A DNA stretch of 64,000 nucleotides from IMG/VR virus record IMGVR_UViG_3300020450_000008. One strand, 5' to 3'. Positions 39,501 to 49,223 of this stretch are shown in pieces. Numbering within the stretch: position 1 is the stretch's first letter; the number at the start of each line of letters is the position of its first letter. Position numbers and translations under genes: made by a program. The DNA comes from a virus. Lineage: Duplodnaviria > Caudoviricetes. The notes beneath the pieces are model-generated. The model saw nothing but the letters and a program-made list of their open reading frames with translations, was not told the origin of the DNA and did no database searches.

Positions 39501-42500
39501 AATTTATCTGCAGGACAAACAGGTTCATATACGCAGATAGTGGTTGATGAAAATACTCCAGCTGTATTACACTATCAGTGTTCTGCTCATGGATTAATGG
39601 GTAATGCGGCTAGAATGGGAACTCGAAACTTTACTGGTTTTACTACAGATAATGTTACTGAAGGTTCAACAAATCTTTATTATACAGATGCTCGTGTGCA
39701 AGCAGTATCAATTAACAATGTTGTTGAAGATACAAGCCCATCTCTTGGTGGGACTCTAGATGCTAATGGTAATACAATTGATATGGGTACAAATGTTTTA
39801 TCCGATACCAATTTAGGCCAGTTTATTACAGCTTATGGCTGGGGAAATCATGCCAGTGTAGGTTACCTAACAGGAATAACTGGACAATCAATAAATCAAT
39901 TATCAGATGTCAATACAGCTGGAATTGCAACGGGAAATATTCTTAAATGGAATGGTAGTGCTTTCACCGCTCAAGCTGATGCGGGCGGTTTAGATTCAGC
40001 CCTTATAACTCAATTAGTCGACTCAGCTTATGTACAATCTAGACAAACTTCTGGCGGAGGTGGTGGTGGTTCGCTTTCTATTAAAGATGAAGGTTCTGCA
40101 CTATCTTCAGCCGCTACTACACTTAACTTTGTTGGTGCTGGAGTTGTAGCTTCAGGTACAGGTGCGGAGAAAACAATTACAATATCTGGCGGCGGTAGTG
40201 GTATTACAGTACAAGATGAAGGTTCATCACTATCTACAGTTGGAACAACTCTTAACTTTGTAGGTTCTGGTGTTACTGCATCAGGTACAGGATCGACAAA
40301 GACTATTACTATCTCAGGTGGAGGCGGCGGAGGAGGTAGTGGTACAGTTGACTCTGCAGCCACAATTACTCTTATACAAAGTACAGTAGATTCAGCTTAT
40401 GTACAAGCTAGACAAACTTCTGGAGGAGGTGGAGGAGCTAGCGGAGTGGATTCTGCCGCAGTAACAGCATTAATTAATAATGCTTATATTCAAACAAGAG
40501 TTGATCTTGTTGATTCATCTGAAATACTTAATCTAGTCGATTCCGATTACATACAATCAAGAATACTTGGAATTAACGCAAGTAAGATCACAGAATTTAA
40601 GTACATTGCCGATTCAGGTCAGACTGTATTTTCTGGAAATGATGAGAATGGAAATCCTTTAGCGATCACAGCATCAAACCATGAAGTCTACTTAAATGGT
40701 ATAAGACTCTTAAATGCAGATTTTGCAACAGACGCAAGTGCAAATAGTGTTACTTTAGCTCAAGGATTAGATAGTGCAGATGAACTCGTAATAGTTACTC
40801 AAGGTTCTGTTACAACAAATGACAGATTTGTAGTAGGAGCAGGAACACAAAGATTTTTCTACAATACTGATTCTGGTCAATCTTTATTTTTTGGAAATGA
40901 TAAGCATGGAAATTCTTTAACATTTGACTCAGGACAGATCGATGTATATTTAAACGGTATACTATTAACAAATGATGACTTTCATGGAAATGCAGTTACA
41001 AATAGACTTCACTTGTCATCACCTGCTGATAGTGGAGACGATTTAGCTGTAATTGCTTACAATGCCACACTTGCTGCAGAATTTACGGCTGGTACAGGAA
41101 CTCTTAATACATTTAAGTTTACTTTATCAAACGCTCAAACACTTGTTGAGGGAGGTGACCAAAAAGGTAACACACTCGCGTACATTCCAGGCAATGAATT
41201 AGTATTCTTAAACGGTTTATTGTTACAAGACAGTGATGATTATGCAAGAACTTCGACCACAGTAATTACTCTAACAACAGGCGCAAATCCTGGTGATGAA
41301 TTAGTAATTCAAGATTACTCATCAAAATTTTCTGGTAATACTGCTGGAATAATAAATCCTGAATTTAAAGAGTTCAAATACATTGCTGACTCTGGTGATG
41401 CAACATTTTCAGGGGCTGACGCTAATGGTAATACCTTATCACTTACAACAGCCAATCAAGAAGTATTTTTAAATGGAATCAGACTTTTAGCTTCAGATTA
41501 TACAGCTAATACTTCTACTAATACAATAACATTAAATGGATTTACTGCAGTTGATAGTGATGAAATTGTAATTAGTACTTTAGTAGGAAACGTTAGATTT
41601 AATGGTGCACAAACAGTAAGTCAAATCGTTGACTCAGCATATATTGCGGCAAGAACGGAAGCTGGAACTGATTCTTCAACTGTATTAGCACTTATTCAAA
41701 ATACAGTAAATGGAGCTTATGTACAAGCAAGGCAAGTCGATGCTGTTAGAGATTCAGCTTTTATAACTGGTTTAATTGATTCAGCATATATCAATGCTAG
41801 AGTTTCTACAGTTGATTCAGCGCAAGTATTAGGAATTGTAGATAGTGATTATATAAATCTTGTAACTGGAATAGGTCAAAGAGATGTAGACTTTGGCACA
41901 AATAAAATACTCTATTCAAACAACTATGCAAATCTTGCAGCCTTACCAAGTGCTAGCACATATCATGGAATGTTTGCACATGTGCATGGTCAAGGAAAAG
42001 CTTACTACGCGCACGCTGGGAACTGGGTACAATTAGCTGATAAATCGGAAACATTAGATTCATATTACACTTCAGCACTTATTGATTCAGCTTATGTAAA
42101 CTCTAAGTTTGATGGAACAGTTGATCCAAAGTTTACGGACTTCTTGTTTACAGTTGATTCTGGAACAACAACCATAACTGGATTAAGTGATGCTGGAGAT
42201 TCATTAAGTATTGGGACAAATAACTTTGCAGTATTCCTAAATGGTATTAAATTACAAGACATAGACTTTACCGATAGTTCTGCTAATAATAGAATAACAT
42301 TAAATAATCCTCTTGATAGTGCTGATGAAATACTTGTTCAAACGGTTACTTCAACAAGAACTTCATCATTGCCAGCTATATTAGGAACTGTTGATTCGGC
42401 ATACATTCAACAAAGACTTACTGAAATGACTCCTGCTACATCTACGTTCTCGACGTTTAGATATGTGGCAACTGAAGGACAAAGGCTGTACACTGGCAAT

Positions 42501-43043
42501 GATGCTAATGGCAATAGTTTATCAATTGATTCAAATGCAGTACAAGTATTTGCAAATGGGCTTCTTCTTACTCGAAATGAAGACTTTGTTGACAGCACAA
42601 CAACTAATAGATTAACGCTGCTCGATTCAATCAACGCTGGTTCAGAAATTGTAATTAATAATTATGCGACTAGTTTTAGAGCAAAGCAGATTAGCACAGA
42701 AGTTGTTACTGAGATAGTTGATTCAGATTATGTTCAAGCGAGAGCATTAGGAGGTCAAACTTATAATGCTACTTCAAGTAATATAACATTAGCAAAAGCA
42801 AATGCATATATAGTAGATACATCATCGGCAAGAACACTAACTTTACCAGCAACTGCTACTTTAGGTGATGAGATAAAAATCATAGACGGGACAGGTCAAG
42901 CTAACACTAATAACATAACTATAAATAGAAACGGTCATAAGATACAAGGATTGACTGATAATCTAGTAATTAATATAAGTCGAGCCGCAACTGGTTTGGT
43001 TTATTATAATGCAGCTCAAGGCTGGATACTAACTGAAAATTAA
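36567..43043 (+). CDS. Long tail fibre-like protein (2158 aa) with a cupredoxin-like domain and six repeated beta domains
   Basis: MADKDFKVK N-term; DT(T/S)PQLGG.L repeats; H...C..H..M site; six F.Y...GQ..F.G.D.NG..L......V.LNG domains; C-term VDTS..RTLTLP...LGDEIKIID...NNITINRNG.KIQG tip. Confidence 0.88.
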   Translation: MADKDFKVKRGLEVQDNALVRGNIQVVSSTGVVSDLVDSNNNIVVVSNIRGPSTLVIDPAAHDSNSGTVRILGNLQVEGTTTTINSATVSLNDKNLVLADSAANAAAADGAGITINGANATLTYNAAGDKFVFNKPIETSALTGNITGTVSSIANHSTDDLSEGSSNLYYTDGRVATAIPTTVTSSYVQARADSDYIKTAADSDYIKTAITASYIQANQTPSDVVSDTTPQLGGNLDLNSKNITGTGNIDITGTSAVSGLNTLGGAQFTGNITPTTGAGVEIFAPNSSTGQVQAFNRGGAAFNKLIVKGDPVEIYDGSTKRIETTGSGVTVSGTLTATSFSGDGSNLTNLPTGGLLSNIVEDTTPQLGGNLDLNSKNITGTGKIQITGNIELPDNYEVRLGTGLDLTFAHYGGNSEIRNRTGELKILGDNIKIRNDANSEVYISAVNNGAVELYHNNIKKLETTSGGTTVTGTVTATAFSGDGSNLTGLNIVTDTSPQLGGDLASNGNNINIADGDFIKVGTGNDLEIYHQSNVSYLKSTNTAAPIRLQAPAGEIMANFAPNAGVEIYYDGTKKFETTSAGATVTGTLNADTFSLADNAKINVGAGNDLQIYHDGSHSRIEDVGTGYLIIKSSEVQIQSSNGEDMAKFEPDGAVRLYHDNIEKITTTSGGATVAGNIVVSGTVDGRDIATDGTKLDGIDVSATANPITGAQADRIITSGGGKALTAQADFQFDGTNLFIPAEMRHLGDPDTKLGFTTDTITLTAGGVAAQTITATSTTIAGNLIVNGTTTTINSSTLDVDDLNITVAKGAGSAAAANGAGLTVDGASATLLYQNTGDKWVFNKPLEATSFTGNVTSTSVNIDGGAIDGTNIGATTPGTGAFTTLTGNTIGGFSHLSAVGGGSTVEIVVTVASKTAAHRYNGSGSGLGYVLDGVQAPYLTLTPGRTYRFKQDDGSNSGHPFRFYYDAAKTTAYTTNVTTNLSAGQTGSYTQIVVDENTPAVLHYQCSAHGLMGNAARMGTRNFTGFTTDNVTEGSTNLYYTDARVQAVSINNVVEDTSPSLGGTLDANGNTIDMGTNVLSDTNLGQFITAYGWGNHASVGYLTGITGQSINQLSDVNTAGIATGNILKWNGSAFTAQADAGGLDSALITQLVDSAYVQSRQTSGGGGGGSLSIKDEGSALSSAATTLNFVGAGVVASGTGAEKTITISGGGSGITVQDEGSSLSTVGTTLNFVGSGVTASGTGSTKTITISGGGGGGGSGTVDSAATITLIQSTVDSAYVQARQTSGGGGGASGVDSAAVTALINNAYIQTRVDLVDSSEILNLVDSDYIQSRILGINASKITEFKYIADSGQTVFSGNDENGNPLAITASNHEVYLNGIRLLNADFATDASANSVTLAQGLDSADELVIVTQGSVTTNDRFVVGAGTQRFFYNTDSGQSLFFGNDKHGNSLTFDSGQIDVYLNGILLTNDDFHGNAVTNRLHLSSPADSGDDLAVIAYNATLAAEFTAGTGTLNTFKFTLSNAQTLVEGGDQKGNTLAYIPGNELVFLNGLLLQDSDDYARTSTTVITLTTGANPGDELVIQDYSSKFSGNTAGIINPEFKEFKYIADSGDATFSGADANGNTLSLTTANQEVFLNGIRLLASDYTANTSTNTITLNGFTAVDSDEIVISTLVGNVRFNGAQTVSQIVDSAYIAARTEAGTDSSTVLALIQNTVNGAYVQARQVDAVRDSAFITGLIDSAYINARVSTVDSAQVLGIVDSDYINLVTGIGQRDVDFGTNKILYSNNYANLAALPSASTYHGMFAHVHGQGKAYYAHAGNWVQLADKSETLDSYYTSALIDSAYVNSKFDGTVDPKFTDFLFTVDSGTTTITGLSDAGDSLSIGTNNFAVFLNGIKLQDIDFTDSSANNRITLNNPLDSADEILVQTVTSTRTSSLPAILGTVDSAYIQQRLTEMTPATSTFSTFRYVATEGQRLYTGNDANGNSLSIDSNAVQVFANGLLLTRNEDFVDSTTTNRLTLLDSINAGSEIVINNYATSFRAKQISTEVVTEIVDSDYVQARALGGQTYNATSSNITLAKANAYIVDTSSARTLTLPATATLGDEIKIIDGTGQANTNNITINRNGHKIQGLTDNLVINISRAATGLVYYNAAQGWILTEN

Positions 43044-43061
43044 TAAGAGAGGTAATTAATA

Positions 43062-43322
43062 ATGGCGGAAAATAATGAAAATGTAACACCTGTTACTACA
43101 CCAATCAATATCACTATAAATGATTTGATTGTCGTGAGAAGCGTGATAGATGCTGCTACTCGTGGAGGAGTTTTGACTGCACAAGATTTAAGTGTTGTAG
43201 GTACAGTGCATGATAAAATACACGGTGTTGTAGAAGATTTTTTAGCAAAACAAAAAGAAGCGGAAGCTGAAGGTCAAGTTGATGCTGCACCTAAAACAGA
43301 AACTGGAGAAGTAAAAAAGTAA
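43062..43322 (+). CDS. Small hypothetical protein, possible fibre chaperone
   Basis: ITINDL...RSVIDAAT..G...A.DLS.VG..HDKI; follows a fibre gene; GAGG SD. Confidence 0.65.
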   Translation: MAENNENVTPVTTPINITINDLIVVRSVIDAATRGGVLTAQDLSVVGTVHDKIHGVVEDFLAKQKEAEAEGQVDAAPKTETGEVKK

Positions 43323-43323
43323 A

Positions 43324-46300
43324 ATGACAATATCTAAAGGAAGAGCTTTATCAGCAACAGTAAATAGTGCAACATCAATAATTAAATCGTCTATTGATGG
43401 TACTGCAACTATTGCAACTCTTGAGCAATCTGCTCAGCAGTACGCTAGTGCTGAAGCTCTTCCTAGTGTTGGTAATACTTTTGGAGAAATGGCACTTGTG
43501 CAGTCTACAAACAGAATGTATGTTTGGAATGGATCAGGCTGGTACAACGTAGCTTTAATCAATACGAATCCAACATTTACTACTTCACCAGATACAAATT
43601 ATACGTTTGATGGTGATTCTCCGAGAAGCAATATTACTATTGCTGTTGCAGCTTCTGACCCTGAAAGCTTAGGAGTATCATTTACTTTTGAGACTGGTGG
43701 TAGTATGGATTCTATGGCTAGTGTTACTCAAGACTCGAGTATCTTCACTTTAGTTCCTAAAGGAAATGATAGTCTGACTGAAGGTGCAAGTTTAACTGGA
43801 TCTTTAACAATTAAGGCAAGTGATGGAGTTAACATAGTTCCGGCAGTTTCTCAATTTACATTGACTTTTGTTTTAACAGTTGCAGGCTCTTCTGGAAATA
43901 GATTTTTATTAAAAGCTAACGGAACGGGCAATAATACAACGCCTACAGATGCATCTACAAGTAATCATTCATTGACAATGGCTGGTGCCACTGCATCACT
44001 AGGTACATTCAGTCCTTATCGTCATGGAGGATACAGCCATCTCTTTGATGGTAGTGGTGATTATTTAAGAGATGATACTATAGCAGATGCCTTTGATTCG
44101 AATGGACACTGCGATAACTTCACGATTGAGATGTGGGTATGGAACAATGATGCCACATCAGAATCTAATTACGTTATAGGCTCTAATGCAGTTTCAAATG
44201 GTGCAAATGATTTTCTTTTGGGTACTAGGAAAGTATATTGGAATGCAGCAGAGTTATCAGATTATGGTGATGAGCGTACTAATCAATACGAATGGTTTCA
44301 TCTAGTTTGTGTTCATGAACATGATCCTACTGGTCCTAATAATGAGACATTATCTGTTTGGATAAATGGAAGGCGAACAGGTAGACATACCGGTCTAGCT
44401 AGAATAAGTTTTGCTAATAATACTTGGGCTTTTGGTACAGAAGCGGATGCAGGAAGCTTTGGTTCTTTAGGTAACTATCACAATGGTTTCATACATGATG
44501 TAAAGATAACTAAAGCTGTACTGTATGGAGATACAGCAGTCATACCCGTACCAACAGAACCGAGCACACCACATGCAACCGCTAACATTTTTCATGGATT
44601 TCAAAAAGGATTCATAGATCCAAGATTTACTATAGGTGGAGACGTTTCTATTGACGAATGGACACCTCTTGATTATAGTGGATTAAAAGAAGAAAATGGT
44701 GGATCTGCTAGTTTTCCAGGAACATCTGATGAAATCAAAACTACAGATGGATCGACAAACACGATTGGTTTAGGAAGTGGTGATTTTACTGTAGAGTTTT
44801 GGATCTATAAAAATAATGCAACTTCTGCAACATGGGAAGCATTGATAAGTCAAAAGTATGGTTCCACCGGTGGTTGGAGAATATATAAATCTACTGGTAA
44901 TGGACGATTGAGATGGTATGCTGGTTCGACAGATACTTTGCTATCAAACTCTACTAATCCAATTAGACAAAATTGTTGGTGTCATGCGGCAATAGTAAGA
45001 TCCAGTGGAACATTGACTTGGTATATTAATGGAAAAAATTCAGGATCTACTTCGTCCCATACGTACAATTATACTGGCGGTGGAGCTGAGGTTGAAATAG
45101 GAAAAGGAACAGTCGGCTCAACTTATCCAACAGATGCACATTTTTCAGACGTAAGAATAGTAAATGGAACTGCTGTTTACACAGGAGATTTTACACCACC
45201 TAGTGGTCCCCTTACTACAACTGGTGGTACATATCCATCAACAACAAATGTTAATACATCAATTCCTTCAGGACACACTAAGCTGCTGTTAAACATGACT
45301 CAAGCAAAAATAGTTGATAAAAGTCAGAGTCGTAATATTCCACTTATAGGAAATGTTGCGGCTTCATCCGCACAGCAACATTATGGAGAAAACACATTGG
45401 CCTTTGATGGAAATGGCGATCGCATAAAAATTGAAAGAGTCATTCCGCTTGGAGATGACATTGATTGGACAATTGAAACTTGGGTTCGGTCACCAAGTGC
45501 TGATGGCTCAAGAGTAGATTTAATTAGTCAATACGAAGCGTCTCCTGCAGCTGGAAGAATGGGAATATATTTTCTTAATGGTAAACTTTCATATTTTCAA
45601 AGCAATCTTAGTCCTACTTCAGTGGCAGGTACTACCAATGTTGTTAATAATCAATGGCATCATGTTGCAGCTACTAATCATGAAGGAATTAGAAGAATTT
45701 ATTTAGACGGAAACTTTGAAGGATCTACCAGCGGTACTGGTCATATATTAGCCACTGATACTGTAATAGGAGATCTTGGAGATGGATTGAGTAATGGTGC
45801 TGAATTAAATGGATATCTGCATGATTTAAGAATCACTCAAGGTTTAGTTCGTTATCCTTACATTGCAAAGCCTAAAATATTATCTCAGACTAATTCTAAT
45901 ATGGAAAAACCAGGTGGAACATTTCCTACTGTTTCGAACGCAAGTAATACGTTATTTTTAATTGGACATACCAATTCAATAGTTGATGGAAGTTCTAATA
46001 GCACTTCGATTACAACCCATGGAAATACTCAGATGTCAGCAGGTCTTGTTCCAAACGGTGCCGAGGTTGGAATGAACTCTATTCATTTTGATGGAACTGG
46101 TGATTACTTATCAGCGACAACAGCTTCTGCTCTTGGAACTGGTGACTGGACTGTAGAGTATTGGGTATGGCATGATGAGTTTGGTTCGAATCAAATACAT
46201 TTAGCCTTTGGTGCTTATGAACCGGCCTTTTATTATAGGCATTCAAGTAGTACGTTTAAATTTTCATTTTATCAATCAGGCGCAGGTTTATCAGGCAACG

Positions 46301-46566
46301 TATGGACAACTTACGCTCCTACTCCTAACAAATGGTATCACCTAGCTTGGGTTCATGATGATTCAGAAAACAAATTAGCATTGTTTGTAAACGGAGCTTT
46401 CTGGGGTGATGTTACATATACAGGCAATACTACTTCTACTAGTTTGAGAGTTGGTGACGATACTACGAGTGCATGGATGGATGGAAATATATCAAACTTA
46501 AGAATTGTTAAAGAAAAACTCTATACCCATAACTTTACGCCTTCAACAAGCGCTATTGTTGCTTAG
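43324..46566 (+). CDS. Lectin-like virion protein with four LamG/concanavalin-A-like domains
   Basis: Four units of S..FDG.GDY..., (F/W)T(I/V)E.W, W.H.A.V, ...(I/V)NG, G..(S/H)D.RI; N-terminal cadherin-like segment (NTNPTFTT...A.DPE). Confidence 0.85.
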   Translation: MTISKGRALSATVNSATSIIKSSIDGTATIATLEQSAQQYASAEALPSVGNTFGEMALVQSTNRMYVWNGSGWYNVALINTNPTFTTSPDTNYTFDGDSPRSNITIAVAASDPESLGVSFTFETGGSMDSMASVTQDSSIFTLVPKGNDSLTEGASLTGSLTIKASDGVNIVPAVSQFTLTFVLTVAGSSGNRFLLKANGTGNNTTPTDASTSNHSLTMAGATASLGTFSPYRHGGYSHLFDGSGDYLRDDTIADAFDSNGHCDNFTIEMWVWNNDATSESNYVIGSNAVSNGANDFLLGTRKVYWNAAELSDYGDERTNQYEWFHLVCVHEHDPTGPNNETLSVWINGRRTGRHTGLARISFANNTWAFGTEADAGSFGSLGNYHNGFIHDVKITKAVLYGDTAVIPVPTEPSTPHATANIFHGFQKGFIDPRFTIGGDVSIDEWTPLDYSGLKEENGGSASFPGTSDEIKTTDGSTNTIGLGSGDFTVEFWIYKNNATSATWEALISQKYGSTGGWRIYKSTGNGRLRWYAGSTDTLLSNSTNPIRQNCWCHAAIVRSSGTLTWYINGKNSGSTSSHTYNYTGGGAEVEIGKGTVGSTYPTDAHFSDVRIVNGTAVYTGDFTPPSGPLTTTGGTYPSTTNVNTSIPSGHTKLLLNMTQAKIVDKSQSRNIPLIGNVAASSAQQHYGENTLAFDGNGDRIKIERVIPLGDDIDWTIETWVRSPSADGSRVDLISQYEASPAAGRMGIYFLNGKLSYFQSNLSPTSVAGTTNVVNNQWHHVAATNHEGIRRIYLDGNFEGSTSGTGHILATDTVIGDLGDGLSNGAELNGYLHDLRITQGLVRYPYIAKPKILSQTNSNMEKPGGTFPTVSNASNTLFLIGHTNSIVDGSSNSTSITTHGNTQMSAGLVPNGAEVGMNSIHFDGTGDYLSATTASALGTGDWTVEYWVWHDEFGSNQIHLAFGAYEPAFYYRHSSSTFKFSFYQSGAGLSGNVWTTYAPTPNKWYHLAWVHDDSENKLALFVNGAFWGDVTYTGNTTSTSLRVGDDTTSAWMDGNISNLRIVKEKLYTHNFTPSTSAIVA

Positions 46567-46582
46567 TTCTGCATATTTTCTA

Positions 46583-46590
46583 TATAAATA
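46583..46590 (+). promoter_or_regulatory. T4-type late promoter
   Basis: Exact TATAAATA intergenic, upstream of gp13. Confidence 0.82.
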
Positions 46591-46616
46591 GTAAAAAACT
46601 ATTTGTGGAATGAAAA

Positions 46617-47372
46617 ATGGCTACAGTAAATTCAAGAGATACATTATCTGAATATTCTTTAAGAAAGCTTGGAGCGCCTGTGATTGATATTAATGTCGAT
46701 CAAGATCAAATAGATGATCGTATAGACGAAGCATTACAAACATTTCAAGAATTTCATAGTGATGCTACTCATAGAACGTATCTTAAACATAAAGTTACAG
46801 AAACAGATTTGACAAACAATTATATTACTGTTCCAGATTCTGTTCATATTGTAACTAGATTATTACCTTTATCAAACGCAATCAATAGTTCAACTAACAT
46901 GTTTAGTGTTAAGTATCAAATGATGTTGAATGATATTGCAGACTTACAAAATTTTGCTGGTGATTTAGCATATTATAATCAAATGCAACAATATTTAACT
47001 TTGATTGATATGCAACTTAATGGAAAACCATTGGTACAATTTGCAAGACACCAACACAGATTACATATACTTGGAGACTTAAATGATGGTGATATTCAAA
47101 AAGATGATTTTATAATTGCTGAAGTGTATCAATTAATAGATCCTGAAGCCTTCACAAGTGTATACAATGATAGGTTTGTAAAAGCATACACAACAGCGTT
47201 GATAAAGCAGCAATGGGGTATGAATTTAATTAAGTTCGAAGGAATGCAACTTCCTGGTGGGGTTACTTTAAATGGAAGACAATTATATGATGATGCAACT
47301 CAAGAACTAGAAAGATTAAAAGAAGATCTAAGGTTAGAACACGAAATGCCTCCAGATTTTTTTGTGGGGTGA
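46617..47372 (+). CDS. gp13: Neck protein gp13
   Basis: LRKLGAPVIDINVD.DQIDDRIDEALQ.F.E.H.D; ALIK.QWG.NLIKF.GMQLPGGVTLNG. Confidence 0.95.
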   Translation: MATVNSRDTLSEYSLRKLGAPVIDINVDQDQIDDRIDEALQTFQEFHSDATHRTYLKHKVTETDLTNNYITVPDSVHIVTRLLPLSNAINSSTNMFSVKYQMMLNDIADLQNFAGDLAYYNQMQQYLTLIDMQLNGKPLVQFARHQHRLHILGDLNDGDIQKDDFIIAEVYQLIDPEAFTSVYNDRFVKAYTTALIKQQWGMNLIKFEGMQLPGGVTLNGRQLYDDATQELERLKEDLRLEHEMPPDFFVG

Positions 47373-47375
47373 TCC

Positions 47376-48350
47376 ATGGCTACAAACCATTACTTCAGTC
47401 AAAAGGTTCGATCAGAGCAGCAACTCTATGAAGACATTGTTATAGAGTCACTGAAGATATATGGTCAAGATGTTTATTACCTTCCAAGAACATTAGTAAA
47501 CGAAGATAGACTTTTAGGCGAAGATATTCCTTCTAAGTTTGGAAATGCTTATAAGATTGAAATGTACATTGAAAACATTGAAGGATTTGACGGTGAAGGA
47601 GATATATTTACTAGGTTTGGCGTTGAAATAAGAGATGAAGCTACATTTGTTGTTTCACGAAGAAGATGGAATCATGTTTTTTCTCAGGTCGATCCTGATA
47701 TAGACATACAAAGACCTAAAGAAGGAGATATAATTTATTTAACTCTTTCTAATAAGATGTTTAAAATCATGCATGTAGAGCATGAGCAACCATTTTATCA
47801 ATTAAGTAATGTTCCAACTTTTAAAATGCGTTGTGAGCTCTTTTCTTATTCAGATGAAGACTTTGATACAGGAATTGAAGCTATTGATGGCGTTGAAGGA
47901 GAAGGTTATAAACTATCATTAAGATTAAATGTTGGCATAGACAGCCAAGTTCCAGATTTCTTTAAAGGTGAAATTGTTCATCAAAGAAGAGCTGATGGTG
48001 TAACTATGAGAGGTGAAATATTATCTTATAATAGAACAACAAATATTGTGGAGCTTGTACATATTGGACCAGATAGTGGTGGCTTTGGTGCTTTCCAAAT
48101 AAGTAAAACTGTACCTGATAGCAACTTCAATACTTGGTTAATAAATGATAGATTAGAAACTCCGTTCCAAGGAGTTAGTGGCGATTCAGATCCAAGAAGA
48201 CAAATACTTTCAATAGCTGAAAGTACAAATGAATTATTAATAGGAGCGCAAAATAGCGTATTTGATGCAGCTGATGGAAATAGTTTATTTGATTTTAATT
48301 TCTTAGACTTTACTGAGAGAAATCCATTTGGTGATGCGGAGGATAATTAA
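47376..48350 (+). CDS. gp14: Neck protein gp14 with extra C-terminal segment
   Basis: EQ.LYED.V.ESLKIYG.DVYYLPR; FG.EIRDE.TFVVSRRRW; RP.EGD.IY; C-term DF.E.NPFG. Confidence 0.93.
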   Translation: MATNHYFSQKVRSEQQLYEDIVIESLKIYGQDVYYLPRTLVNEDRLLGEDIPSKFGNAYKIEMYIENIEGFDGEGDIFTRFGVEIRDEATFVVSRRRWNHVFSQVDPDIDIQRPKEGDIIYLTLSNKMFKIMHVEHEQPFYQLSNVPTFKMRCELFSYSDEDFDTGIEAIDGVEGEGYKLSLRLNVGIDSQVPDFFKGEIVHQRRADGVTMRGEILSYNRTTNIVELVHIGPDSGGFGAFQISKTVPDSNFNTWLINDRLETPFQGVSGDSDPRRQILSIAESTNELLIGAQNSVFDAADGNSLFDFNFLDFTERNPFGDAEDN

Positions 48351-49210
48351 TGTTTGAATATTTTTATCATCAAAAAATTAGAAAAGCTGTTGCTATGTTT
48401 GGTACGATGTTTAATAATATTAATATTGTTAGACAAAATGCAAGTGGTGCAACAGTAAGTCAGATAAGAGTACCTCTTGCATATGCACCTAGAGAAAAAT
48501 ATTTAGCTAGAATACAATCTGATCCAGATCTTAGAAGAGATCAAAAAATAGCTCTTAAGCTTCCAAGACTTTCTTTTGAAATTACATCAATTCAATACGA
48601 TCCTAATAGAAAAGTACCTAAGCTTAATAAGTTTAGTGTGGCAAAAGCTGGACAAACAAATTCTGGATTAAGAGGCCAATTATATTCTCCAGTGCCTTAT
48701 ATTATTAGTTTTCAATTAAATGCTTTCACAAAAAATCAAGATGATGCATTACAAATAGTAGAACAAATTATTCCGTATTTTTCACCACAATATACTTTGA
48801 CAATAAAACCTTTTGAAGAATATCCAAGTATAAAAGAAGATGTTCCAATAACTATTCAAAGCGTAAACTTTCAAGATGATTTTGAAGGGCCTTTGGAACA
48901 AAGAAGAACTATCATTTATACACTTGATTTTACCATGAATATCAATTTTTATGGCCCAATAAGAGAGAATGCGCTTATAAATAGAGCTATAGCCAATGTT
49001 GAATTCCCAGGAGATTCTGCATCAGCACCGAATCAAATTGTTACACAAACAGTAGTAACACCGAATCCAGCTGATGCATCTCCTGATGAAACATTTGGTT
49101 TTGCTGTAGAGTTCTTGGATGACTTTACAGAAGATAAGACTGAGTTAGGTAAGTACGTAAAACCTGGTTATTTAACACCAAAGTATGTTGAAGATAAAAC
49201 AGTTAGTTAA
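48350..49210 (+). CDS. gp15: Tail sheath stabiliser/terminator gp15
   Basis: YFYH..IRK.V..FGT.FNNI.I.R; IRVPLAYAP.EK.LAR; LPRLSFEI; PVPY...F.L; QI.EQI.PYF.P; R.IIYTL.F. Confidence 0.95.
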   Translation: MFEYFYHQKIRKAVAMFGTMFNNINIVRQNASGATVSQIRVPLAYAPREKYLARIQSDPDLRRDQKIALKLPRLSFEITSIQYDPNRKVPKLNKFSVAKAGQTNSGLRGQLYSPVPYIISFQLNAFTKNQDDALQIVEQIIPYFSPQYTLTIKPFEEYPSIKEDVPITIQSVNFQDDFEGPLEQRRTIIYTLDFTMNINFYGPIRENALINRAIANVEFPGDSASAPNQIVTQTVVTPNPADASPDETFGFAVEFLDDFTEDKTELGKYVKPGYLTPKYVEDKTVS

Positions 49211-49223
49211 GGAGCAAGAATAG

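Noticed and set aside
19941-48983. Intragenic TATAAATA copies (19941, 25048, 42920, 48976) as promoters
   Set aside because: The 8-mer is expected several times by chance in 64 kb of AT-rich DNA. The 19941 copy upstream of GT3 could be real but encodes Tyr-Lys-Tyr in frame, so it is not called
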